Part shown: piece after piece, positions 24,105 to 36,736 of the stretch
How the letters are laid out: each line of letters starts with the position of its first letter
Position numbering within the stretch: the first letter of the stretch is position 1
DNA from: Chiloscyllium plagiosum
Taxonomy: Eukaryota
Assembly (NCBI RefSeq): GCF_004010195.1
Contig: NC_057718.1
Span: 90,811,353-90,875,352, forward strand
Direction of reading: 5' to 3'
DNA length: 64,000 nucleotides
Program-made: the position numbers and the translations under genes
The notes under the pieces: model-generated
Seen by the model: only the letters and a program-made list of their open reading frames with translations
What the model was told of the DNA's origin: nothing
The model's database searches: none

Positions 24105-25810
24105 TCAACACGGGGGAGTGTCCTACACTCTCAACATGTGAACACGGGGGAGTAACCTACACCCTCTCTACATGTGAACACGGGGGAGTAACCTACACCC
24201 TCTCTACATGTGAACACGGGGAGTAACCTACACCCTCTCTACATGTGAACACGGGGGAGTAACCTACACCATCTCTACATGTGAACACGGGGGAGTGTCC
24301 TACACCCTCTCTACATGTGAACACGGGGAGTAACCTACACCCTCTCTACATGTGAACACGGGGGAGTAACCTACACCCTCTCTACATGTGAACACGGGGG
24401 AGTGTCCTACACCCTCTCTACATGTGAACACGGGGAGTAACCTACACCCTCTCTACATGTGAACACGGGGGAGTAACCTACACCCTCTCTACATGTGAAC
24501 ATGGGGAGCAACCTACACCCTCTCTAGATGTGAACACGGGGAGTAACCTACACCCTCTCTACATGTGAACACGGGGGAGTAACCTACACCCTCTCTACAT
24601 GTGACCACAGGGAGTAACCTACACCCTCTCTACATGTGACCACAGGGAGTAACCTACTTCCTCTCTACATGGGAACACGGGGGGAGTAGCCTACACCCTC
24701 TCTACATGTGAACACGGGGGAGTAACCTACACCCTCTCTACATGTGAACACGGGGAGTAACCTACTTCCTCTCTACATGTGAACACGGGGAGTAACCTAC
24801 TTCCTCTCTACATGTGAACACGGGGGGAGTAACCTACACCCTCTCTACATGTGAACACGGGGGGAGTAACCTACTTCCTCTCTACATGTGAACACGGGGG
24901 AGTAACCTACACCCTCTCTACATGTGAACACGGGGGAGTGTCCTACACCCTCTCTACTTTTGAACATGGGGGAGTGTCCTACGCACTCTCTACATGTGAA
25001 CACGGGGGAGTGTCCTACACTCTCTCTACATGTGAACATGGCGGGAAGTAACCTACACCCTCTCTACATGTGAACACAGGAGAGTAACCTACACCCTCTC
25101 TACATGTGAACACAGGGGAGTAACCTACACCCTCTCTACATGTGAACACAGGGGATTAACCTACACCCTCTCTACATATGAACACGGGGGAGTAACCTAC
25201 ACCCTCTGTACATGTGAACACAGGGGAGTAACCTACACCCTCTCTACATGTGAACACAGGGGAGTAACCTACACCCTCTCTACATGTGAACACAGGGGGG
25301 GGTGACCTACACCCTCTCTACATGTGAACATTGGGGGAGTGTCCTACACCCTCTCTACATGTGAACACGGGGGAGTAACCAACACCCTCTCTATATGTGA
25401 ACATTGGTGGATTAAGCAACACACTGCCTACACGTGAACACAGGGGAGTATCCAACACGCACTCTACATGTGAACAAGGGGGGGGAGTAACCTACACCCT
25501 CTCGACACATGAACACAGGGGAGTGTCCTACACGCTCTCTACATGTGAACACGGGGGGCTGGGTGTAACCTACACCCTCTCTACATGTGAACACTGGGGA
25601 GTAACCTACACCTTCTCTAAATGTGAACATTGGGGGAGTGTCCTACACCCTCTCTACATGTGAACACGGGGAGTAACCTACACCCTCTCTACATGTGAAC
25701 ACTGGGGAGTAACCTACACCCTCTCTACATGTGAACACGGGGGGAGTAACCTACACACTGTCTACATGTGAACACGGGGTGAGTAACCTACACCCTCCCT
25801 ACATGTGAAC
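24105..25810. repeat. Minisatellite, unit of about 36 bp (ACATGTGAACACGGGGGAGTAACCTACACCCTCTCT), roughly 47 copies
   Basis: Head-to-tail repeats with variable G-run length and TAACC/TGTCC variants; no unique spacers. Confidence 0.97.
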
Positions 25811-26031
25811 CTGGTACAGCAACCAAATAATCTAATCGCAGCAGCGACCTGCAAAAACCTGACTGCAGTGTGTAGCTTAAAGGTGTTCCTTTCCTTTAGG
25901 TAGTAACTAATTATTGTTGCTGAAGCCTTGCTTAGTTTAATCAGGAATTAATTCTCTGCTTGAATTTGAAATAATGCGAAATGGTATAGCTCCTGCACAA
26001 ATTAAATCTTTTTCGTTTTGTTTTTCCCCAG

Positions 26032-26057
26032 ATTATTTATGATGAAAAAGTATCTTG
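26032..26057 (+). CDS. SLC24A3: SLC24A3 26-nt microexon, IIYDEKVS(W)
   Basis: Long pyrimidine tract plus cAG, GTgagt donor, phase 0/2. Joins the flanking exons in frame and matches the NCKX3 IYDEKVSWW motif. Confidence 0.92.
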
Positions 26058-26749
26058 GTGAGTGCCGAATAATCAGAATTTCTCTTCCACAGTTCAATGT
26101 TCCTTACTAATCGAGCACATCAATTCACGAGAAAAGGAAAACACAGACAGTTCTTACGAAGATGCAGAAAAAAGAAACTATCCTATTTCGGAAATAGATT
26201 TAAGAATACATTTGCTCCATTTTAGTTTTTTGTGTGCACGCAGCAACATATACCTTTCCAAATGCAATCAATCTCATCCAGCTGTAAAATACACTTCCAC
26301 TTCACCCTCGTCATCATTACTGCTCACTCCCTTCCCCGCTCACCAATATTCCCCTCTCCTTCATCCCTCATCCATTCTATCTCTTCACCCTCATCTTCAG
26401 TACTGCTCACTCCCTTCCCCCCTCACCAATATTCCCATCTCCTTCGCCCCTCATTCATTCTATCTCTCCCTCTCCTCCATCAGTCCTCCTCACCCCCTCC
26501 CCATGCAGCAATAACTCCTTACTCCTCTCCCTGTCCCCTCATCTGTACATTTCCCTCACCGGCCCTCACTCCTCATCAATACTCCCTCACTGACACTCTC
26601 TAATTCCCCATCAACACTCCACACACACCAATCATTATTTGAAGTTTTCTTGTGTCACTGACCTTTAGAAATGGCTGTTTATTTCGAGGTTAGCACGGTA
26701 AAGTGTTTGAGCGATTAATCCCGGGCATGTTTTTATTTCCTCCATTCAG

Positions 26750-26803
26750 GTGGGAATCTCTGGTGTTGATATCAATGTATGCCGTCTACATTGTGATTAT
26801 GAA
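26750..26803 (+). CDS. SLC24A3: SLC24A3 exon (54 nt), (W)WESLVLISMYAVYIVIM(K)
   Basis: ttcAG / GTgagt, phase 2/2. Hydrophobic TM segment ending the first TM cluster. Confidence 0.94.
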
Positions 26804-27269
26804 GTGAGTACAGATTTTTCCACAGCTGGAGCTGTGATGGGGATATTCCGCTGAATCGAGCATTATTGTGGTGGGAGCACTCTGCAAGCACTCTTTGTAT
26901 TTGACTTTGTATCTTAACTGTCCACTGAAATGGGCCCGCAAGTATTCAGTTTGGGTTCAAATAGGGATGGGTAACAATTGCTGGCCTGACCATTGGTGAC
27001 CACATTGTACAGAAGAAGAAAGTCAATAATATCTGTCATGTCGCTACCAGTCATCCATTACGTCAGAGATTAAACGACTTGCACAAGCAAAACAGGTCTT
27101 GGTTATTTGCTTTATACACGTACAGTCAGTTGATTTGTCAATCCCGATCTCAGGCAGTCAGTGAAATAAGAACCAAGGCACTTTTCTTTGTGGATAGAGG
27201 TTATCGCCTACTCAATCCTTCACACCCTGGAGGCATTGGTACGGATTTATGTACTCAGGCAATTAATAG

Positions 27270-27410
27270 CGGCACGATGGCTCAGTGGTTAGCACTGCGC
27301 CTCACCGCATCAGAGACCTGGGTTCGATTGTCTGTGTGGAGTTTGCACATTCTCTCTGTGTCTGCATGGGTTTCCTCCCCAGTCCAAAGATGTGCAGGAT
27401 TGGCCATGTC
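27270..27410 (+). mobile_element. Internally deleted V-SINE
   Basis: A/B boxes and partial V domain. Confidence 0.8.
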
Positions 27411-28097
27411 AGTCTTAGTTAACTGATTAAACTCAAACCTGACAAGGTTGGTCTGGGCAAGGCCATGGGTTTGGGTGTCTCCACGACCCTTTCCAATTAA
27501 AAAATGTGTGAACGTATTCCTGTTGCCCACAAAGAACCGGACCCTGTGTGTGAATGCGCGTAGCTGCAGCATGTGCAAATGAATCACACTATAGGCCTGA
27601 CTGACGATTTCAATTTGCTTTCCCAATGTAATTCTTAATCCACTCCTGGTCAAAGGTTTGCCTGTAGGAAAGGTTGCATTTCACTCGTGTGTGAAGCCCA
27701 ATGGCTGTGACTTACAGTTAGGAAATGGTCCAGAGCTTTGACATTATCCCCTGAGGGATGGGGAGGTGAAGCAGGGTTGAGACATTGGGGCACTCAGAGT
27801 GAGACATAGGGTTACTATTTGGGAATTGGGCTGACTACAATACGCTGTACAGTGCACCACCCTGCAAAAACTGGTCAACAACACCATCCCATTTCACTCA
27901 GAAGAAGAGAGTCGTGTAATATCTCCCTGAAACCCTCCCCGCTGTTTCACAACAATGAAATATGCACGGTATCACTTCACAAGGGTTGTGGAAACACGCA
28001 TTTGAATTAGTTTCAAGGTGTAAGCTTCTGCCTTTAAAGATATCTAATGAAGAGTGATGCTGTGATCTTCACTAATGGCTGCTCTAATGGGTGTCAG

Positions 28098-28234
28098 GTT
28101 CAACAGCGTGATGCAGATTTATTTTGAAAATAAATGGAAGAAGACTTCTGTGAACATGGCAAATGGAAATGCAAATAATACCGAAATGGACGATAACAGC
28201 AACTGTGACGCAACCGTGGTCTTACTGAAGAAAG
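28098..28234 (+). CDS. SLC24A3: SLC24A3 exon (137 nt), FNSVMQIYFENKWKKTSVNMANGNANNTEMDDNSNCDATVVLLKK
   Basis: gtcAG / GTacgg, phase 2/1. The DD.SNCDATVVLLKK motif is characteristic of the NCKX3 cytosolic loop. Confidence 0.93.
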
Positions 28235-28754
28235 GTACGGTTCAAATTACCTATTATTTACTATCCATGCTACTTAACTCTGTGATCTGCCTATATTGCT
28301 CACAAGACAAAGCGTTTCAGTGTGCCTCGGTACACGTGACAATAATTCAATTCAATTCAATTCAGATTCTATGTACTGGAGGCAACCTCTTGGTAAATTT
28401 CATGCTCAACGATGCCTCATTTTCAGCCTGGCCCCTCACACTAAAGGATGCACTTTACCAAGAGGTGCTTAATATGTGCAATTACTTGACTTTATGGGAT
28501 GTGAATATTGTGGGCTAGACCAACACCTTTTGCCCATTCCCCCAGCCGTCCGAAGGGCAGTTAAGAGTCAACCTCCCAACAGGATACAGACATTAACTTT
28601 GACTGTGGAAAATGGGGCCAGAGAAATGAAGTCAGCTCTACTTGGGGGACAGGGAGCTGCAGTAACCACGCATATCATGTGGCAGGGTGGAGTTCTCTTC
28701 CCTATGTTGCCGATTGGCCCTCAGTAACGCAATTCAGAGTCTGAACAAGCAAGT

Positions 28755-29150
28755 GAATACAAACACACACAGAGACAGATGCCAGCATGCGCACAAACAA
28801 ACAGACACGCACACACACATGCAGACACGCACACGCACGCGCACGCACACACAGGACACACACACAGACAGACATACACGCACACAAACACACACACACC
28901 CAAAAAGGACAGACACGGGCACATACACATAGATACACACACACACGCAGACACATACACAGACACATGCACATACGTTCACAAAAACGGACACACACAC
29001 GTAAAGATGGACACACATACATGCACACACAGACAGACATGCATGCACACGCACATAGCCAAACATGGACACACGCACACACACAAACACGGACACATAC
29101 ACAGGGACACACGCACACACACACTCAGGGGTACACACACACACACAAAC
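28755..29150. repeat. Degenerate (CA)n microsatellite
   Basis: Seen directly. Confidence 0.95.
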
Positions 29151-29314
29151 GTTCTTGGAAGAGAGTTTTTGTTTAGAGACCTTTTTGCAAAAAAACGCAA
29201 ATGAAAAAGAAGTCAGAAATATTGTACATCGTGTAGTTTGTGCATACGACATTGTATCGGAAAATAGGAACCCGTACAGATCTGCCTTTAAAAAACAGTC
29301 CGTGCCTGTATGAA

Positions 29315-29605
29315 CAATACAAGAGTCAACCACATTGCTGTGGATCTGCAGATAAATGTAAGGCAGGCCTGACCAGATGAGGATGGCAGATTTTGTTCCC
29401 TAAAGGACATTAGTGGACTAGATGGATTTTATGACAATTGGCGATGGACACACAGTCACCATTGGGCTGGCTTTTTAATCTCAGATTTTATTGAATTCAC
29501 ATTTCATCATCTGCCATGGTAAGATTTGATCCCATGTCACCAGAGCATTAGCCTGGGGTTCTAGATTATAACTGCAGTCACATTGTCACCATACTCCACC
29601 TCTCC
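29315..29605 (-). mobile_element. tRNA-derived SINE of the same family as 62640-62935
   Basis: agagtcaaccacattgctgtgg..ggatggcagat..ttccctaaaggacattagtg is the reverse complement of the 62640-62935 core. Another copy starts at about 63890. Confidence 0.7.
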
Positions 29606-29759
29606 GAAAGAGAAGTTTAGTGGAATGGAGGGAGACAGCAGAGAGAATTGATTAATTGGCAGTTCCACAAAACAGGAACAGGACTGGCTTCAGATGAGAG
29701 GTGAGGGGGCATAGTGAAAGAACAATTGCCTGTGCCTTTTTCATTGATACCCCAAGCCC

Positions 29760-30050
29760 ATTAGCACTGCTGCTTCACAGCACCAGGGATCTGGGTTCAA
29801 TGCCACCTTCGAGCGACTACCTGCATGGAATTTGCACATTCCATTCGTGTCCGCGTGGGTTTCCTCCCAAAGATAGGCGGATTAGGTGGATTGGCTTTGT
29901 TAAATTGGCCATAGTGTCCAGGGACATGCAGGCGTGGTGGGTTAGCCTTGGTAAATGCAAGGGCTACAGGGATAGGTTGGGTGTGAGTGGGTGCTGTTTG
30001 GTGGTTGGTGGAGCCGATGGGCTGAATGGCCCTGCTTGTACACTGTAGGA
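29760..30050 (+). mobile_element. Degenerate V-SINE
   Basis: ttagcactgctgcttcacagc head and V domain. Confidence 0.8.
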
Positions 30051-30849
30051 TTCGATCATTTATGGCAGAAGGACTAGAAAGGGAGGAGAGGCAGAGCTGG
30101 GCAACGAAAGGTGACATGGTGGATAGCAGCAATGACCATCACTAAAAGAATAGGGAGGGATAATGACTAGCGGAGTTGAGGAGATGACCAGGAGCAGTGA
30201 CAGCATCTGGCAAGATGTGGGTTTGGGAATTGATGTTGGATTGCGCTGGCTGCTGGGAATTTTGCAGAATCTGAGCAAGTGGCTGATGAATCAGTGATAG
30301 AATCAGTGGAAAGGGAACCCAATCTGTGATGAGAGCTAAACGTTCTGATCTTCCCAAAGCAGGCCAGGATTCAACTTTGACTCGATTGTGATGTGACGTC
30401 ACTGACACAGTCTGCCAACACTGAGCTGGTCACCAGAAGGTGGTGACTGACAGAGAGGTGGAGCTGGGTACTGACAACATGCAAGTCAATGCTGACTTGG
30501 TCCCTGCCAATAATGGTGCCAAGTGATGTGATGTTGATGCTAAACAGGACAGAATGGATCCGTTGGGAATTCTCGAAGCAACTGGACACAACAGAGCTAA
30601 GAAACACAGGAGATGCACTGGGCTGGGTTTGGGTGGGTGGGCAGGTGTTAAGCCAGACAGGGGCAGGCTGATAGAGCTGGATAACAGCAGAGTGAGGTGA
30701 CCCTGAGCACCACAAAGAGGAAGGACAATGTTAACCGACAATTGGTTGCAGTTACGCAGAATGTCAGTCACGGTTTCAGATTTATAAATCAGATGGAAGC
30801 CAGACAGAAGGACTTCAATGTGGAAGATTTGTTGAACGATTTTTTCAGG

Positions 30850-31605
30850 CTCACCTTGTTATAGGAAGGATATTGTTAAGCTGGAAAGGGTACAGAAGAG
30901 ATTTATCAGGATGCTGCCTAGAAGGGGATGCCTTTGTTATCACACAAACTCAAGGTGTTCATGTCCCCTTGAACTGTCAGGTTAAATCATGGCCTAATTG
31001 GTAAAAGCTGAATACCAACAGTCCAGACGTGATGCTATGGTTCTTCACTTCTGTCATAGAATGGAAGAGGTTTGAGTTATAAGGCTGGGAACGTTTTCAC
31101 TGGACCGTAGGCGGTTGAGGGGTGACCTTGGAGGGGTTTATAAAATTGTGAGGGGTATAGGTGAATGATGGTGGGTGTCTTTTCCCTGGGGTGGGGGATT
31201 TCAAGACTAGAGGGCATATTTTTAAGGTGAGAGGAGAAAGATTTAGAAAAGACAGGGGCAACTTTTTTTACACAGAGAGTGATTTGTGTATGGAATGAAC
31301 TTCCAGGGGAAGTGGTGGATGCAGGTACAATTACAACATCTAAAACACATTTGGAGCAGCTCATGAAGAAGAAGTATTTGAAGGAATGTGGGCCAAGCAC
31401 AGGCAGGTGGGCCTAGTTTAGTTTGGGAACATGGTCGACGTGGATAAAGTTTCAACTTTGATCTCCAGCATCTGCAGACCTCACTTTCTCCTCGAAGGAA
31501 TGTGGGCCAAGCACAGGCAGGTGGGCCTAGTTTAGTTTGGGAACATGGTCGACGTGGACTGGTTGGACCGAAGGGCCTGTTTCCGTGCTATATGACTCTA
31601 TGACT
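30850..31605 (+). mobile_element. CR1-type LINE 3' fragment with two secondary insertions
   Basis: YRKDIVKLERVQKRFIRMLP, VWNELP and 3' UTR; interrupted at about 30924-31057 and 31445-31493. Confidence 0.85.
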
Positions 31606-32331
31606 GTAAAGCAATGGTATGTTGCAATGGGAGATTTAAGGTGAAATAGTTACTGTTTGGGGATTGGTGGGTCAGTTTGCAAGTGGCATAGTGCCATGCT
31701 GCCAACAGTTAGAAAGTTAGAGTTGTCTGGAACATTGGGAGCACTCTCGCAAGCAAGGCAACAAGCAATGTCTGTTGAACTGACAGGGTGGAAGAGGAAT
31801 CTGGGAACAGGAGAGAGGTTTTACTGGAAAGGCGATCTTGGAAAGTGTAGTGGGTAAGTGTAGGTCAGTCATCCTGACTAAAATGAGAGGGGAGAGTCAA
31901 GAATAAGGGGGTGGGAGACACTTAGTCAGTAGCAAGAGGATTTACAATAGTTGTCCAAAATTTCAAGGGTAGATGAGAACTTAATTTGCTCAGTGGATTG
32001 TTGTGATCCAGAACGCACTGACCGAAACACTCATAAAAACAGAATCAATAGGAATTTTCAAAAGGCTGGCGATATAAACAAATGGCAGGACTCTGATGAA
32101 AGTTCTGGGGAGTGAGTTGACTGGTTAAGATTACTAAACCACTGGAATCAAAAGCCTGAAGAAAGCCCAAAGCATGGTCAGTCAATGGTACAATGGATAC
32201 ATAAAATCCCACAGGGAGCCCAGTGTTTGGGCTGGCTATTTGAACTATGCTATCCAGCTAGTCCAGAATTTGTACAATTATTGGCAAGAGTTTTAACCGT
32301 GAGGCTTAAAGTTGTTATCTTTCTTTCACAG

Positions 32332-32492
32332 CCAACTTCTGCCGCAACTCCTCGGTGCTTATGGTGGACGAGCTGCTGTCAGCTTATCCACATCAGCTGT
32401 CTTTCTCTGAGGCCAGTTTAAGGATCATGATAACCAGTCACTTTGGACCCAAGACCCGGCTCAGCATGGCTAGTCGCATGCTCATCAATGAG
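32332..32492 (+). CDS. SLC24A3: SLC24A3 exon (161 nt), (A)NFCRNSSVLMVDELLSAYPHQLSFSEASLRIMITSHFGPKTRLSMASRMLINE
   Basis: ttcacAG / GTacat, phase 1/0. MVDELLSAYPHQLSFSEA.LRIMITSHF.PKTRLSMASRMLINE matches NCKX3. Confidence 0.96.
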
Positions 32493-32704
32493 GTACATTA
32501 CTCCCATCGGTTAGCTACAACTGGACAGAGGGCTCGATCCATGTGTTAACAGGTCAAAGGGGATGAACTGTGCGTGCCATTGTTATCACACAAACTCAAG
32601 GTGTTCATGTCCCCTTGAACTGTCAGGTTAAATCATGGCCTAATTGGTAAAAGCTTAATACCAACAGTCCAGACGTTTTTTTCGCTTCTGTCATTTTCAC
32701 TCAC

Positions 32705-32990
32705 AATGGTTAACACTGCTGCCTTAGAGCACCAGGGGACTCGAGTTCGATTCCCACCTCAGGCAACTGTGTGGAGTTTGCACATTCTCCCCATGACTGT
32801 GTGGGTTTCCTCCCACAGTCCAAAGATGTGCAGATCAGGTGGATTGACCGTGCTAAATTGCCCCATAGTGTCCAATGGTGTGTAGGCTAGGTGGATGGGC
32901 CCCGGCTAATATGGGTACAGGGCACAATGCTATTCGATTGTTTGGTGCTGACTCGATAGGCCAAATGGTCTCTAACTGCATTTTTGGGAT
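32705..32990 (+). mobile_element. V-SINE
   Basis: B-box GTTCGATTCCC and V domain. Confidence 0.8.
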
Positions 32991-33764
32991 TCTGTGACAT
33001 GCTTTCCTTCTTTAAAGAAGTTTGACCTTTAATCTTGCCTTTTCTTGTTTTACTGAGAATTGAGCCCGATCGTGACTGCTCTCGCAGCTGGTAGGAACAG
33101 AGATGGGTAGTGCTGGTAGGTGGGAGGGCGGGGGGAGCAGGAGGAGGTGAGTTAATAGGAGAGTGGGACCCTGGCATTCTGAGGGGCTGGGCAGCCAGTT
33201 AATGGCCATCTTAAAAGCTCAGTTAATGGCCATCTTAAAGACCCACCACATTATGGAGGCTGACAACTGAATGGAGGAGGTTTCCCTACAGCAACCAGGG
33301 TGACTGTCCAAACTAGGGGGTACACAGAGGGGGCAGCGATGACAATCCCTGTGATGCCAACCATCCCCTCAGGAGCATTTCTCCTCCAACCCTCAGCTGC
33401 CAGAACTCATCTTACTTCCATGGACTTATCAAGCCGAGTTCCTGAGGTGACCTTAACTGCCCCAGAGGTAACCACATCCTGTGGTGAGCTAGGGGTTCAG
33501 ATCTGCTAGTCTTATGATTGGGCCTACAGCATCAGGGCTTCCTAGCCCAGGACCTATGTTTTGCTGCCATATCGTGGTACTGATGCTCACAATAAAATTC
33601 AGGCCCAGGCTCTTGTTGCAATCCTGCTCTGAGATGACATCTTTGTTGAGAACACACATATATTTATGGATTATGAGAACTGGACTATTGACATGATCAA
33701 ATGTTACTGGGTTACCAAGGTTCTATCATGTGACCGCTTGGAACTGGGATTCAGGTCAGGTGGA

Positions 33765-34072
33765 GATGCTCGGACTCGTGGGCAAAGCCTTAGAATTAGA
33801 GGGGGTCAATTTAAAATGGAAATGAGGAGACATTTCTTCAGTCAGAGAGTGGTGGGCCTGTGGAATTCACTGCCATGGAGCTCAGTGGAGGCCGGGACTT
33901 TAAATGTCTTCAAGGCAGAGATTGATAAATTCTTAATCTCTCAAGGAATTAAGGGATATGGCGAGAGTGCGGGCAAGTAGCGTTGAAATGCCCATCAGCC
34001 ATGATTGAATGGCGGAGTAGACTTGATGGGCCGAATGGCCTTACCTCCACTCCTATTTTTTATGGTCTTATG
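33765..34072 (+). mobile_element. CR1-type LINE 3' end
   Basis: RTRGQSLRIRG..RRHFFSQRVVGLWNSLP motif. Confidence 0.9.
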
Positions 34073-34439
34073 GAACTGGAATGTCAAAAGGTTAAAGGTT
34101 ACTTTGGTAGATTTGCTGTTTACAAAAAAGAACAAGTGACTTTGGAAAACAGAGTCCAGCAATTTGTTTTTTTTTAGAAAGAGATAAGGGTGGAGTTTTA
34201 TTGCTTTAAATGTTGAACCAATGAACCTGGTAACCTCTAATAGATCTATGCAACCTCCACCTAGCAACAGCTTCTGGGCTGGGGTAATAGGTGTGCTTTT
34301 CAGTACACATTTAGAAGCTGTGGGCAGTTGCTGGAAAGGTTTTACGATGATGTAGAAGACTCTCTCAGTCAGAACCTCGAGCTAAAAGCAGCACTCTGTA
34401 TATTTCTAATGTGAAGTAGTTTGGAGAAAAAAATGTTCA

Positions 34440-34775
34440 TAAAATAATGAGGGGCATAGATAGAATTAATGGTAGTTGCCTTTTCCCAGGATGGGGGATT
34501 TTGAGACATTTGAGAGGAGAAAGATTTAACAAAGACATGAGGAGCAAATGTTTTTACACAGAGGGTGGTTCGTGTGTGGAATGAACTTCCTGAGGAACTG
34601 GTGGATCCGGGTACAGTTACAATGTTTCAAAGGCATTTGGATCGGTACATGAACAGGAAAGGTTTGGAGCGACATGGGCCAGGAGCAGGCAGGTGGGACT
34701 AGTTGAGTTTGAGATTATGTTCAGCATGGACTGGTTGGACTAAAGGGTCTGTTTCCATCACTCAATGACTATGTC
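34440..34775 (+). mobile_element. CR1-type LINE 3' fragment
   Basis: gtgtggaatgaacttcctgagga and 3' UTR. Confidence 0.85.
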
Positions 34776-35104
34776 AGGGCTCCTGATTATTTCTCAGCTA
34801 AATCCAAAATCTAGTCTGAAGACCTTCCAATATTCTGTGACTGTCGGCATTCGGATCTTGTCGGGAATTCAATTGTGAGAAATCAGCCCATTTTCAGAAC
34901 TGAATTTGCCCCTTGACCAGAGGGATGTTGTGTTTTCTTTCCCCCTTTTGGTCTAATATTTTCCTTATCCTTACTGGCCGTATGGAGTCACATATGTCTT
35001 TGCACTGTTTGTAGGTGAATGCATGTTTGTGAGATTAAGGGGAGATATTTATTCACATATTTATTGATAACCAGATTGAAACATATGTTTGCCTGTAATA
35101 AACA

Positions 35105-35830
35105 TGTCACAGTCATACAGCACAGAAACAGACCCTTCGGTCCAACTAGTCCATGCCAACTATGTTCCCAAACTAAACTAGTCCCAACTGGCTGCATTTG
35201 GCCCATATTCCTCCATAACTTCCCTCTTCATCTGGATGGGTACAGCAATAGGGAGGATTTAGAGGGATATGAGCCAAATCCTGGCAAATGGGACTAGATT
35301 AATTTAGGATATCTGATCAGCATGGACAAGTTGGACCAAAGGCTCTGTTTCTGTGCTGTACATCTCGATGACTCTATGAATCTATTGACTAACTTATCCA
35401 AATGTCTTTTAAATGTTGTTACTGTCTTTTTTCTTTCACCTTAAAAATGTGCCCCCTAGTCTTGAAATCCTGCATCCTCGGGAAAAGACCTTGGCTATTC
35501 ATGCCCCTCATGATTTTATAAACCTCTAAACCCCTCAACTTCCTACACTCCAGTGAAAAAAGCCCCAGTCTCTCCAGCCTACTTTTATAACTCAAACTCT
35601 CCATTCCTGGCAACACCTTGGTAAATCTTTTCTGAACCCTCCCATAACAGGATGATCAGCACTACACACAGCACTCCAGAAGGGGCCTTAACAATGTCCG
35701 ATACAATCTCAATTTGACGTTCCAACTTCTCTACTCAAATGTCTGAGCAATGAGAGCAAGCGTGCGAAACGCTTTCTTATTCACCATGTCTATTTGTGAC
35801 ACAAATTTCAAAGAATGAAAAACCTAACCT
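35105..35830 (-). mobile_element. CR1-type LINE fragment with an opposite-strand CR1 tail nested at about 35228-35380
   Basis: MLPGMESLSYKSRLERLGLFSLE on the minus strand. Confidence 0.85.
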
Positions 35831-36308
35831 CCTGGGTCTCTCTCTCTCTCTCTCTCTGTCTGTTCTACAACACCACCCAGGAAAATCCTGGTGAAAATCT
35901 TTTTATGTTCCAGTTAAAAAGAGCAAGACCACCCCCCTATTGACCATTTGTGGTAATTGAATGAGCCGTGTTTGCTTTTGGTACTGCTTGTGGGGTAGTG
36001 GGGCTTGATTCCCAGCTCCCCTCTCTCACCAAAGACTTTGAGAATATAAGATGGCGAAGTGTTTGTCCAGTTATCTCACTCTGCTGCTTTCCCAGTTGCC
36101 GAACTGTTGACTTAGAGAACCAGGGAACACCAGATAGGGAACACAGGACTGTAAAGAAAATTGCCCTGGATCCTGTTTGTGAAGCAGGTGGCCCCTGAGA
36201 CCAATAGAAGAAACCTCTTCCAAGTAGAGAAATTTGAAATGGATAGAGGGGGTTCATAATTAAAGTACCATGATTTAACAATAAGCAGGAAAGCTTTAAG
36301 ATGAAGAA

Positions 36309-36556
36309 TTTTAGATTACCTACAGTGTGGAAACAGGCCCTTTGGCCCAACAAGTTCACACTGACCCTCCAAAGAGCAACTCACCCCCCTCTGTGTAACG
36401 CACCTAACATTACGGGCAATTTAACATGGTCAGTTCACCTGAACTGCGGGAGGAAATCAGAGCATGTACAAACTCCACACAGACAGTCAACTGAGGCTGG
36501 AATTGAACCTGGGACCCTGGTGCTGTGAGGCAGCAGTGCTAACCACTGAGCCACTG
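36309..36556 (-). mobile_element. HE1-like V-SINE
   Basis: Same consensus as the other copies. Confidence 0.88.
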
Positions 36557-36736
36557 TTTATCTTAATAGAAGCAAGTGCTGCTTTCCCATAAAGAACTCG
36601 CAGATTGAATTAGTATTTTATTTATCAGTGTTCCATTTGTCAAGGATTGCCTTAATCCAGTATGCACCTTCTTCCTGAGACTTTTTTTATGTAATGAAAC
36701 AGGCAGGAAGAGTGAATCCAGTAAGAACATAAAAAA

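Noticed and set aside
24105..25810. CRISPR-like array (repeat length about 36 bp)
   Set aside because: Units are contiguous with no unique spacers, there are no cas genes, and the context is a eukaryotic intron.
26300..26600. Pro/Ser/His-rich ORFs
   Set aside because: Pyrimidine-rich low-complexity intron sequence with a short internal duplication.
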